From Escherichia coli (GTDB lineage: Bacteria > Pseudomonadota > Gammaproteobacteria > Enterobacterales > Enterobacteriaceae), in NCBI RefSeq assembly GCF_030384885.1, contig NZ_CP128613.1: DNA of 64,000 nt, one strand, 5' to 3'. Positions 54,831-62,974 of this stretch are shown piece by piece; the first letter of the stretch is position 1, and the number at the start of each line of letters is the position of its first letter. Below the pieces are notes generated by a model. The model ran no database searches and was not told the origin of the DNA. It saw only the letters and a list, made by a program, of their open reading frames with translations. A program made the translations under genes and the position numbers.

Positions 54831-56420
54831 ATGAACAATAACGATCTGGTCGCGAAGCTGTGGAAGCTGTGCGACAACCTGCGCGATGGCGGCGTTTCCT
54901 ATCAAAACTACGTCAATGAACTCGCCTCGCTGCTGTTTTTGAAAATGTGTAAAGAAACCGGACAGGAAGCGGAATACCTGCCGGAAGGCTACCGCTGGGA
55001 TGACCTGAAATCCCGTATCGGCCAGGAGCAGTTGCAGTTCTACCGTAACCTGCTGGTACATCTGGGCGCCGACAATCAAAAGCTGGTGCAGGCAGTGTTC
55101 CAGAACGTCAACACCACCATTACCCAGCCGAAACAGTTGACCGAGCTGGTCAGCAATATGGATTCACTGGACTGGTACAACGGCGCGCACGGTAAGTCGC
55201 GCGATGACTTCGGCGATATGTACGAAGGGCTGTTGCAGAAGAACGCGAATGAAACCAAGTCTGGCGCGGGCCAGTACTTCACCCCGCGTCCGCTGATTAA
55301 AACCATTATTCATCTGCTGAAACCGCAGCCGCGTGAAGTGGTGCAGGACCCGGCGGCAGGTACGGCGGGCTTTTTGATTGAAGCCGACCGCTATGTTAAG
55401 TCGCAAACTAATGATCTGGACGACCTTGATGGCGACACGCAGGATTTCCAGATCCACCGCGCGTTTATCGGCCTCGAACTGGTGCCCGGCACCCGTCGTC
55501 TGGCACTGATGAACTGCCTGCTGCACGATATTGAAGGCAACCTCGACCACGGCGGCGCAATCCGTCTGGGCAACACCCTGGGCAGCGACGGTGAAAACCT
55601 GCCGAAAGCGCATATTGTCGCCACTAACCCGCCGTTTGGCAGCGCCGCAGGCACCAACATTACCCGCACCTTTGTTCACCCGACCAGCAACAAACAGTTG
55701 TGCTTTATGCAGCATATTATCGAAACGCTGCATCCCGGCGGTCGTGCGGCGGTCGTGGTGCCGGATAACGTACTGTTTGAAGGCGGCAAAGGCACCGACA
55801 TCCGTCGTGACCTGATGGATAAGTGTCATCTGCACACCATTCTGCGTCTGCCGACCGGTATTTTTTACGCGCAGGGCGTGAAAACCAACGTGCTGTTCTT
55901 TACCAAAGGGACGGTGGCGAATCCGAATCAGGATAAGAACTGTACCGACGACGTGTGGGTGTACGACCTGCGTACCAATATGCCGAGCTTCGGCAAGCGC
56001 ACGCCGTTTACCGACGAGCATTTGCAGCCGTTTGAGCGCGTGTATGGCGAAGACCCGCACGGTTTAAGCCCGCGCACTGAAGGGGAATGGAGTTTTAACG
56101 CCGAAGAGACGGAAGTTGCCGACAGCGAAGAGAACAAAAACACCGATCAGCATCTGGCCACCAGCCGCTGGCGCAAGTTCAGCCGCGAGTGGATCCGCAC
56201 CGTGAAATCCGATTCGCTGGATATCTCCTGGCTGAAAGATAAAGACAGCATCGACGCCGACAGCCTGCCGGAGCCGGATGTGTTAGCGGCAGAAGCGATG
56301 GGTGAACTGGTACAGGCATTGGGTGAACTGGATGCGCTGATGCGTGAACTGGGGGCGAGCGATGAGGCGGATGCACAGCGTCAGTTGCTGGAAGAAGCGT
56401 TTGGTGGGGTGAAAGAATGA
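54831..56420 (+). CDS. hsdM: Type I R-M N6-adenine DNA methyltransferase subunit HsdM
   Basis: 529-aa ORF with NPPF catalytic motif (IVATNPPFGSAAG) and SAM-binding region. Confidence 0.95.
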   Translation: MNNNDLVAKLWKLCDNLRDGGVSYQNYVNELASLLFLKMCKETGQEAEYLPEGYRWDDLKSRIGQEQLQFYRNLLVHLGADNQKLVQAVFQNVNTTITQPKQLTELVSNMDSLDWYNGAHGKSRDDFGDMYEGLLQKNANETKSGAGQYFTPRPLIKTIIHLLKPQPREVVQDPAAGTAGFLIEADRYVKSQTNDLDDLDGDTQDFQIHRAFIGLELVPGTRRLALMNCLLHDIEGNLDHGGAIRLGNTLGSDGENLPKAHIVATNPPFGSAAGTNITRTFVHPTSNKQLCFMQHIIETLHPGGRAAVVVPDNVLFEGGKGTDIRRDLMDKCHLHTILRLPTGIFYAQGVKTNVLFFTKGTVANPNQDKNCTDDVWVYDLRTNMPSFGKRTPFTDEHLQPFERVYGEDPHGLSPRTEGEWSFNAEETEVADSEENKNTDQHLATSRWRKFSREWIRTVKSDSLDISWLKDKDSIDADSLPEPDVLAAEAMGELVQALGELDALMRELGASDEADAQRQLLEEAFGGVKE

Positions 56421-57805
56421 GTTTCAACTCAACATCAAAAGAATTAATTGAGCAAAATATCAATGGGTTACTTTCAAGCCATGAGAGCTGGTTACGTATT
56501 CCAATGGATTCCGTAGCAAACATCACAAACGGTTTTGCTTTTAAGTCGGCAGAATTTAATAATCGTAAAGATGGTGTACCATTAATTAGAATTCGTGATG
56601 TTCTTAAAGGTAGTACATCGACTTATTACTCGGGGCAAATTCCTGAGGGATATTGGGTATATCCCGAAGACTTAATCGTGGGAATGGATGGTGATTTTAA
56701 TACAACTATATGGCGCTCGGAGCCCGCTCTGTTAAATCAACGAGTATGTAAAATCGAAGTTCAGGAAGACAAATACAATAAAAGATTTTTCTATCATGCC
56801 TTACCAGGATATTTATCCGCAATCAATGCAAATACGTCCTCGGTTACTGTAAAGCATCTTTCTTCCAGGACACTTCAAGATACCCTACTTCCGTTGCCAC
56901 CACTTGCCGAACAAAAAATCATCGCTGAAAAACTCGATACGCTGCTGGCGCAGGTAAACAGCACCAAAGCACGTCTTGAGCAAATCCCACAAAACCTGAA
57001 ACGTTTTCGTCAGGCGGTGCTTCATGTTGCAGTGAGCGGGAAATTAACTGAAAAATGGCGATTAGAAAATGCAACTTTAGAAAACTCATACGAATGGAAG
57101 GTGCAATCTTTATCTGATCTTGGTGTTTTAGCTCGAGGTAAATCTAAACATCGACCTAGAAACGATCCTCGCCTATTTGGGGATAAGTATCCATTTATTC
57201 AAACAGGTGAAGTTGCCAATAGTTCAGGAAGAATTAAAAGAGCAAATAAATTTTATAGTGAGTTTGGTTTATCACAAAGCAAGCTATTTCCAAAAGATAC
57301 CTTATGTATAACTATTGCTGCCAACATTGCGGATACAGCCATATTAGAGATTGAGGCATGTTTCCCGGACAGTGTCGTTGGTTTCATTTCTGATAAAGAT
57401 AAATCTCATGTATCCTTTGTGAAGTATCTAATTGATGTTAACAAAGATAATCTTGAAGCATTTGCACCAGCTACAGCACAAAAAAATATTAACTTAAAGG
57501 TTTTAAACGAACTTAAACTTCCTATTCCTGATATTAAAGAACAAGCCGAAATCGTTCGCCGCGTCGAGCAACTCTTCGCCTACGCCGACACCATAGAAAA
57601 ACAGGTCAACAACGCCCTGGCCCGCGTCAACAACCTGACGCAATCCATCCTGGCAAAAGCGTTCCGTGGTGAACTCACCGCCCAGTGGCGGGCCGAAAAC
57701 CCGGATTTGATCAGCGGAGAAAACAGCGCCGCCGCGTTGCTGGAAAAAATCAAAGCTGAACGCGCAGCCAGCGGGGGTAAAAAAGCCTCACGTAAAAAAT
57801 CCTGA
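56417..57805 (+). CDS. hsdS: Type I R-M specificity subunit HsdS (type IA family) with non-K-12 target-recognition domains
   Basis: 462-aa ORF overlapping the hsdM stop. Central (LPPLAEQKIIAEKLDTLLAQV...) and C-terminal (EQAEIVRRVEQLFAYADTIEKQVNNALARVNNLTQSILAKAFRGELTAQWR...) conserved regions are type IA-like; both variable domains differ from my recollection of the K-12 protein. Confidence 0.85.
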   Translation: MSFNSTSKELIEQNINGLLSSHESWLRIPMDSVANITNGFAFKSAEFNNRKDGVPLIRIRDVLKGSTSTYYSGQIPEGYWVYPEDLIVGMDGDFNTTIWRSEPALLNQRVCKIEVQEDKYNKRFFYHALPGYLSAINANTSSVTVKHLSSRTLQDTLLPLPPLAEQKIIAEKLDTLLAQVNSTKARLEQIPQNLKRFRQAVLHVAVSGKLTEKWRLENATLENSYEWKVQSLSDLGVLARGKSKHRPRNDPRLFGDKYPFIQTGEVANSSGRIKRANKFYSEFGLSQSKLFPKDTLCITIAANIADTAILEIEACFPDSVVGFISDKDKSHVSFVKYLIDVNKDNLEAFAPATAQKNINLKVLNELKLPIPDIKEQAEIVRRVEQLFAYADTIEKQVNNALARVNNLTQSILAKAFRGELTAQWRAENPDLISGENSAAALLEKIKAERAASGGKKASRKKS

Positions 57806-57817
57806 ACATTATTTTCT

Positions 57818-57842
57818 GGCGCACCTTTCCGGTGCGCTTTTT
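57818..57842 (+). terminator. Rho-independent terminator after hsdS
   Basis: GGCGCACC-TTTCC-GGTGCGC followed by TTTTT. Confidence 0.7.
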
Positions 57843-57937
57843 ATTATTTCACGCCAATCATAACCCACATAAATATATTTAAATCATTCCAGAAATTGCC
57901 CATTTTATTCTATTTTTAGCTGGACTTTCCCCATATT

Positions 57938-57957
57938 TACTGATGATATATCCAGGT
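57938..57957. promoter_or_regulatory. LexA (SOS) box upstream of symE
   Basis: TACTGATGATATATCCAGGT has the CTG-N10-CAG form of the LexA consensus (TACTGTATATATATACAGTA), about 80 bp upstream of the symE ATG. Confidence 0.5.
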
Positions 57958-57961
57958 ATTT

Positions 57962-58038
57962 AGCGCGGTGCGGATGTGCGCCAACACACCCGCACCGCTA
58001 ATCACAATCCCTATTTCTAAGGAATAGTAATCATGACT
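57962..58038 (-). ncRNA. symR: SymR cis-antisense sRNA (approximate bounds)
   Basis: On the minus strand a TAGAAT -10-like hexamer lies just inside the symE 5' end with a predicted start near 58038; a perfect 9-bp inverted repeat (GCGGTGCGG...CCGCACCGC, 57963-57997) sits at the expected 3' end. Consistent with the known ~77-nt SymR overlapping the symE start. Confidence 0.4.
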
Positions 58039-58374
58039 GACACGCATTCTATTGCACAACCGTTCGAAGCAGAAGTCTCCCCGGCAAATAACCGTCAATT
58101 AACCGTGAGTTATGCGAGTCGCTACCCGGATTACAGCCGTATTCCCGCCATCACCCTGAAAGGTCAGTGGCTGGAAGCCGCCGGTTTTGCCACCGGCACG
58201 GCGGTAGATGTCAAAGTGATGGAAGGCTGTATTGTCCTCACCGCCCAACCACCCGCCCCCGAAGAGAGCGAACTGATGCAGTCACTGCGCCAGGTGTGCA
58301 AACTGTCAGCGCGTAAACAAAAGCAGGTGAAGGAGTTTATTGGGGTGATTGCCGGTAAACAGAAAGTCGCGTAA
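58033..58374 (+). CDS. symE: SOS-induced type I toxin SymE (AbrB/SpoVT-fold, promotes RNA cleavage)
   Basis: 113-aa [37 protein letters not shown]...; located between hsdS and mcrB as in K-12. Confidence 0.88.
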   Translation: MTDTHSIAQPFEAEVSPANNRQLTVSYASRYPDYSRIPAITLKGQWLEAAGFATGTAVDVKVMEGCIVLTAQPPAPEESELMQSLRQVCKLSARKQKQVKEFIGVIAGKQKVA

Positions 58375-58535
58375 CAGCGTTTACTCCCGGTTAACCACCG
58401 GGAGCCTTCCACTGACTCAATAGAAACTTTCCCCCTCAGTAAATATTTACCAGTCTGATTTTGCAGTAAAAATCTATTGTTTCAGTACGTTGCGAAAGCG
58501 ATAATAGAGGCTTAGCAATGAGGAAGGCATATCTT

Positions 58536-59915
58536 ATGGAATCTATTCAACCCTGGATTGAAAAATTTATTAAGCAAGCACAGCAACAACGTTCGCAATC
58601 CACTAAAGATTATCCAACGTCTTACCGTAACCTGCGAGTAAAATTGAGTTTCGGTTATGGTAATTTTACGTCTATTCCCTGGTTTGCATTTCTTGGAGAA
58701 GGTCAGGAAGCTTCTAACGGTATATATCCCGTTATTCTCTATTATAAAGATTTTGATGAGTTGGTTTTGGCTTATGGTATAAGCGACACGAATGAACCAC
58801 ATGCCCAATGGCAGTTCTCTTCAGACATACCTAAAACAATCGCAGAGTATTTCCAGGCAACTTCAGGTGTATATCCTAAAAAATACGGACAGTCCTATTA
58901 CGCCTGTTCCCAAAAAGTCTCACAGGGTCTTGATTATACCCGGTTTGCCTCCATGCTGGACAACATAATCAACGACTATAAATTAATATTTAATTCTGGC
59001 AAGAGTGTTATTCCACCTATGTCAAAAACTGAATCATACTGTCTGGAAGATGCGTTAAATGATTTGTTTATCCCTGAAACCACGATAGAGACGATACTCA
59101 AACGATTAACCATCAAAAAAAATATTATCCTCCAGGGGCCGCCCGGCGTTGGAAAAACCTTTGTTGCACGCCGTCTGGCTTACTTGCTGACAGGGGAAAA
59201 GGCTCCGCAACGCGTCAATATGGTTCAGTTCCATCAATCTTATAGCTATGAGGATTTTATACAGGGCTATCGTCCGAATGGTGTCGGCTTCCGACGTAAA
59301 GACGGTATATTTTACAATTTTTGTCAGCAAGCTAAAGAGCAGCCAGAGAAAAAGTATGTTTTTATTATAGATGAAATCAATCGTGCCAATCTCAGTAAAG
59401 TATTTGGCGAAGTGATGATGTTAATGGAACATGATAAACGAGGTGAAAACTGGTCTGTTCCCTTAACCTACTCCGAAAACGATGAAGAACGATTCTATGT
59501 TCCGGAGAATGTTTATATTATCGGTTTAATGAATACTGCCGATCGCTCTCTGGCCGTTGTTGATTATGCCCTGCGCAGACGATTTTCTTTCATAGATATT
59601 GAGCCAGGTTTTGATACGCCACAGTTCCGGAATTTTTTACTGAATAAAAAAGCAGAACCTTCATTTGTTGAATCTTTATGCCAAACAATGAACGAGTTAA
59701 ACCAGGAAATCAGCAAAGAGGCCACTATCCTTGGGAAAGGATTCCGCATTGGGCATAGTTACTTCTGCTCCGGGTTGGAAGATGGCACATCTCCTGATAC
59801 GCAATGGCTTAAGGAAATTGTGATGACGGATATCGCCCCTTTACTCGAAGAATATTTCTTTGATGATCCCTATAAACAACAGATATGGACCGACAAATTA
59901 TTAGGTGACTCATAG
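58536..59915 (+). CDS. mcrB: McrB, GTP-dependent 5-methylcytosine-specific restriction subunit (AAA+)
   Basis: 459 aa from MESIQPWIEKFIKQAQQQRS...; Walker A GPPGVGKT; AT-rich coding sequence. Confidence 0.93.
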   Translation: MESIQPWIEKFIKQAQQQRSQSTKDYPTSYRNLRVKLSFGYGNFTSIPWFAFLGEGQEASNGIYPVILYYKDFDELVLAYGISDTNEPHAQWQFSSDIPKTIAEYFQATSGVYPKKYGQSYYACSQKVSQGLDYTRFASMLDNIINDYKLIFNSGKSVIPPMSKTESYCLEDALNDLFIPETTIETILKRLTIKKNIILQGPPGVGKTFVARRLAYLLTGEKAPQRVNMVQFHQSYSYEDFIQGYRPNGVGFRRKDGIFYNFCQQAKEQPEKKYVFIIDEINRANLSKVFGEVMMLMEHDKRGENWSVPLTYSENDEERFYVPENVYIIGLMNTADRSLAVVDYALRRRFSFIDIEPGFDTPQFRNFLLNKKAEPSFVESLCQTMNELNQEISKEATILGKGFRIGHSYFCSGLEDGTSPDTQWLKEIVMTDIAPLLEEYFFDDPYKQQIWTDKLLGDS

Positions 59916-60961
59916 TGGAACAGCCCGTGATACCTGTCCGTAATATCTATTACATGCTTACCTATGCATGGGGTTATTTACAGGAAATTAAGCAGGCCGA
60001 CCTTGAAGCCATTCCCGGTAACAATCTTCTTGATATCCTGGGGTATGTATTAAATAAAGGGGTTTTACAGCTTTCACGCCGAGGGCTTGAGCTTGATTAC
60101 AATCCTAATACAGAAATCATTCCTGGCATCAAAGGGCGAATAGAGTTTGCTAAAACAATACGCGGCTTCCATCTTAATCATGGGAAAACCGTCAGTACGT
60201 TTGATATGCTTAATGAAGACACGCTGGCTAACCGAATTATAAAAAGCACATTAGCCATGTTAATTAAGCATGAAAAGTTAAACTCAGCCATCAGAGATGA
60301 AGCTCGTTCACTTTATAGAAAATTACCGGGCATTAGCACTCTTCATTTAACTCCACAGCATTTCAGCTATCTGAATGGCGGAAAAAATACGCGTTATTAT
60401 AAATTCGTTATAAGTGTCTGCAAGTTCATCGTCAATAATTCTATTCCAGGTCAAAACAAAGGACACTACCGTTTCTATGATTTTGAAAGAAACGAAAAAG
60501 AGATGTCATTACTTTATCAAAAGTTTCTTTATGAATTTTGCCGCCGTGAATTAACGTCTGCAAACACAACCCGCTCTTATTTAAAATGGGATGCATCGAG
60601 CATATCGGATCAGTCACTTAATTTGTTACCTCGAATGGAAACTGACATCACCATTCGCTCATCAGAAAAAATACTTATCGTTGACGCCAAATACTATAAG
60701 AGCATTTTTTCACGACGAATGGGCTCAGAAAAATTTCATTCTCAAAATCTTTATCAACTGATGAATTACTTATGGTCGTTAAAGCCTGAAAATGGCGAAA
60801 ACATAGGGGGCTTATTAATATACCCCCACGTAGATACCGCAGTGAAACATCGTTATAAAATTAATGGCTTCGATATTGGCTTGTGTACCGTCAATTTAGG
60901 TCAGGAATGGCCGTGTATACATCAAGAATTACTCGACATTTTCGGTGAATATCTCAAATAA
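59915..60961 (+). CDS. mcrC: McrC, nuclease subunit of McrBC
   Basis: 348-aa ORF starting at a GTG that overlaps the mcrB stop; PD-(D/E)xK-like C-terminal region (...IVDAKYYK...). Confidence 0.92.
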   Translation: MEQPVIPVRNIYYMLTYAWGYLQEIKQADLEAIPGNNLLDILGYVLNKGVLQLSRRGLELDYNPNTEIIPGIKGRIEFAKTIRGFHLNHGKTVSTFDMLNEDTLANRIIKSTLAMLIKHEKLNSAIRDEARSLYRKLPGISTLHLTPQHFSYLNGGKNTRYYKFVISVCKFIVNNSIPGQNKGHYRFYDFERNEKEMSLLYQKFLYEFCRRELTSANTTRSYLKWDASSISDQSLNLLPRMETDITIRSSEKILIVDAKYYKSIFSRRMGSEKFHSQNLYQLMNYLWSLKPENGENIGGLLIYPHVDTAVKHRYKINGFDIGLCTVNLGQEWPCIHQELLDIFGEYLK

Positions 60962-61017
60962 GCGGTAAGTTTTATAGAAAATACCGCTCCCGACACCACA
61001 TCGGGAGCGGCTCATCA

Positions 61018-61353
61018 TCAGGAGGCGATCACCTCCACCAGCACATCCGTTGCCCAGCTCTCTTCACTGTTGACCACATTCCCTTCCTGACAAGCTTGAT
61101 CCATTTTGACTAACTGGAAAGAAACGTCATCGCGGAAATCAAAGTAATGCCATTGCGATGAAAAGTTGATGCGCCAGTAGCCCATCCCCTGATCGAAGCG
61201 GATCTTCAATACCTGACCATCCTCAAAAGTCACCGTCAGTTTACGATGGTGAGGGATATCGCGCGGCGAGTCGAACACCGTCAGTTCTACCGGCCTGCCC
61301 AGCGCAGCAGCAAACCACTGATCAGCGAAATCCTGAAAATCCGCTATGCTCAT
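61018..61353 (-). CDS. Hypothetical protein, downstream member of a coupled gene pair
   Basis: 111-aa ORF whose ATG overlaps the stop of the upstream 277-aa ORF (ATGA overlap); no motif I can recognise. Confidence 0.4.
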   Translation of the reverse strand: MSIADFQDFADQWFAAALGRPVELTVFDSPRDIPHHRKLTVTFEDGQVLKIRFDQGMGYWRINFSSQWHYFDFRDDVSFQLVKMDQACQEGNVVNSEESWATDVLVEVIAS

Positions 61354-62183
61354 CCAGTCATGGAAAGGCCGGTTAGCAGTCCATTCAAAAAATGCGTTCC
61401 TGTTTCATCATCTAACGGTATTGGAAACTCGCTTCGCCAGGTAGGGTGAACCTTATCAAGCTGTTGTACTGGTTCTTTGTGATTTATTAGGTTGTGAGTA
61501 AGTACTAAGGAATTGAGGTTATCAGCCATATGACTGATAAGTTCTACAGAGGTATCTTCGCTAAAAACAGTAGGCAGCGCTGATTTTTCTATGACAGCTC
61601 TTGCCAGCGAAAGGGCTGAAAAACCTGACTGCTTTGCTTGCTCATATTGTCCAAGGATCCTGGAGAAAACAGCCAGAAAGCGACTGTCTGATTCTTTGAG
61701 TAGCCGGAAAGGTAAACCACCTTCACTGAATAATGTTCCGAGAAAATTGCGTCGTTCAGATTCATAAAATCGAATTGGGCGCAGCCAGTAATCTTCCATC
61801 CCTTTCGGTACGATAGTACCAAGCTCTGTGGCGGTGAATGAAATCCCTATTTTTTTATATATAGGGTCCCACGTCCATCCGCATTGCCGTTCATAATCCC
61901 TGCGGTACCACTCAGAGCAAAAAAGAACAAAACAGGCAGCAAAGTCCCTATTACATATATTAGATTGTGATTGACCGACTGCACGGAGTAGCTGCGTTAA
62001 TTGGGTATATTCATCATTGGTTGCATGATATTCATAAAGAGGACGGCCATCCGGTTGTCTCAACCCTCTAAGATTCACAAAGTTACTTAGCCAGGAAGTA
62101 CATTTTACCCATGAAATGTATTCTGATTGACCCAAAGCAAGCTCCTTAGAGATAAAAGATACAAAAACAAAACCCCACAACAT
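61350..62183 (-). CDS. Hypothetical protein, upstream member of a coupled gene pair (may correspond to part of the K-12 yjiV/yjiT pseudogene region)
   Basis: 277-aa ORF convergent with mcrC; weak RBS; preceded by a markedly AT-rich spacer of about 460 bp. Confidence 0.4.
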   Translation of the reverse strand: MLWGFVFVSFISKELALGQSEYISWVKCTSWLSNFVNLRGLRQPDGRPLYEYHATNDEYTQLTQLLRAVGQSQSNICNRDFAACFVLFCSEWYRRDYERQCGWTWDPIYKKIGISFTATELGTIVPKGMEDYWLRPIRFYESERRNFLGTLFSEGGLPFRLLKESDSRFLAVFSRILGQYEQAKQSGFSALSLARAVIEKSALPTVFSEDTSVELISHMADNLNSLVLTHNLINHKEPVQQLDKVHPTWRSEFPIPLDDETGTHFLNGLLTGLSMTG

Positions 62184-62643
62184 TTCTAATTTGAAAGAAA
62201 ACCTTTCAGAATATTGTATAGTTACTCAGGCGGCAACAACTATTTTTTCAGGTCGATACTATAAATCAATTTTAGATAAAAATGATATCAACCATCTATT
62301 AATCACAACTCATTTATCACCTGATTTTATAATTTCAAATGAAAATAAATCTCAAACAATCAAAAAGTATTCAGTAGCTGACATTTAACTTTCCAGGATA
62401 TAAAACAATTAGAGAAACTGCACAATAGCGAATAATGAGAGTTGTAAAGTCAGTCAAAAAACACAAGTAATCACTGTGCGTTTTTTGACCGTTATCGACA
62501 TGAGTTTAAAGAGGTTAGTGAAGAAGATATTCCTGTACACTCCATACCTATTGATGAATTGTCTCGGGAAAATTTTTATAACTTAATATAAAAACATAAA
62601 AACGTTTTATTATATATAAATCTATATCCCCCCTCACTCCACA

Positions 62644-62808
62644 TCCTCCCTGCGTAACCCGATATCCCTCAACCGCTCATCACTCATCTGCTGTAACACG
62701 CGTCGGGTCTGCATTTGCCGCCGCCAACGCCTCACCGCCTGCCAGAGTTGCACAAGGCCGATAAACGGCGCTTTAGCTCTGTTTTCGTGAAATTCCATCT
62801 GCTGCCTC
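62644..62808 (-). CDS. yjiS: DUF1127-family small protein YjiS
   Basis: Not in the supplied track (under 60 aa). Reverse-strand translation gives MEFHENRAKAPFIGLVQLWQAVRRWRRQMQTRRVLQQMSDERLRDIGLRREDVE (54 aa). Confidence 0.75.
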
Positions 62809-62974
62809 CTCATCTTTCAGAGGCTTCATCATCCGCCTTCTGGCAGTTCACAATACAGATGCAAATATTAGTTTTATTTAACATACAGACAGGTTAAAAC
62901 AACATCTGCATCCGGTTTTTTAGCCTCATCTGTACCGGTTTTTCTCTCTGTATGGTCCAAATAAGGAGTACAGC

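Noticed and set aside
55164-56060. 298-aa minus-strand ORF
   Set aside because: Antisense to hsdM, which carries the NPPF methyltransferase motif; shadow ORF.
62191-62388. 65-aa plus-strand ORF in the AT-rich spacer
   Set aside because: Low-complexity, AT-driven composition, no RBS, no recognisable motif; probably not coding.
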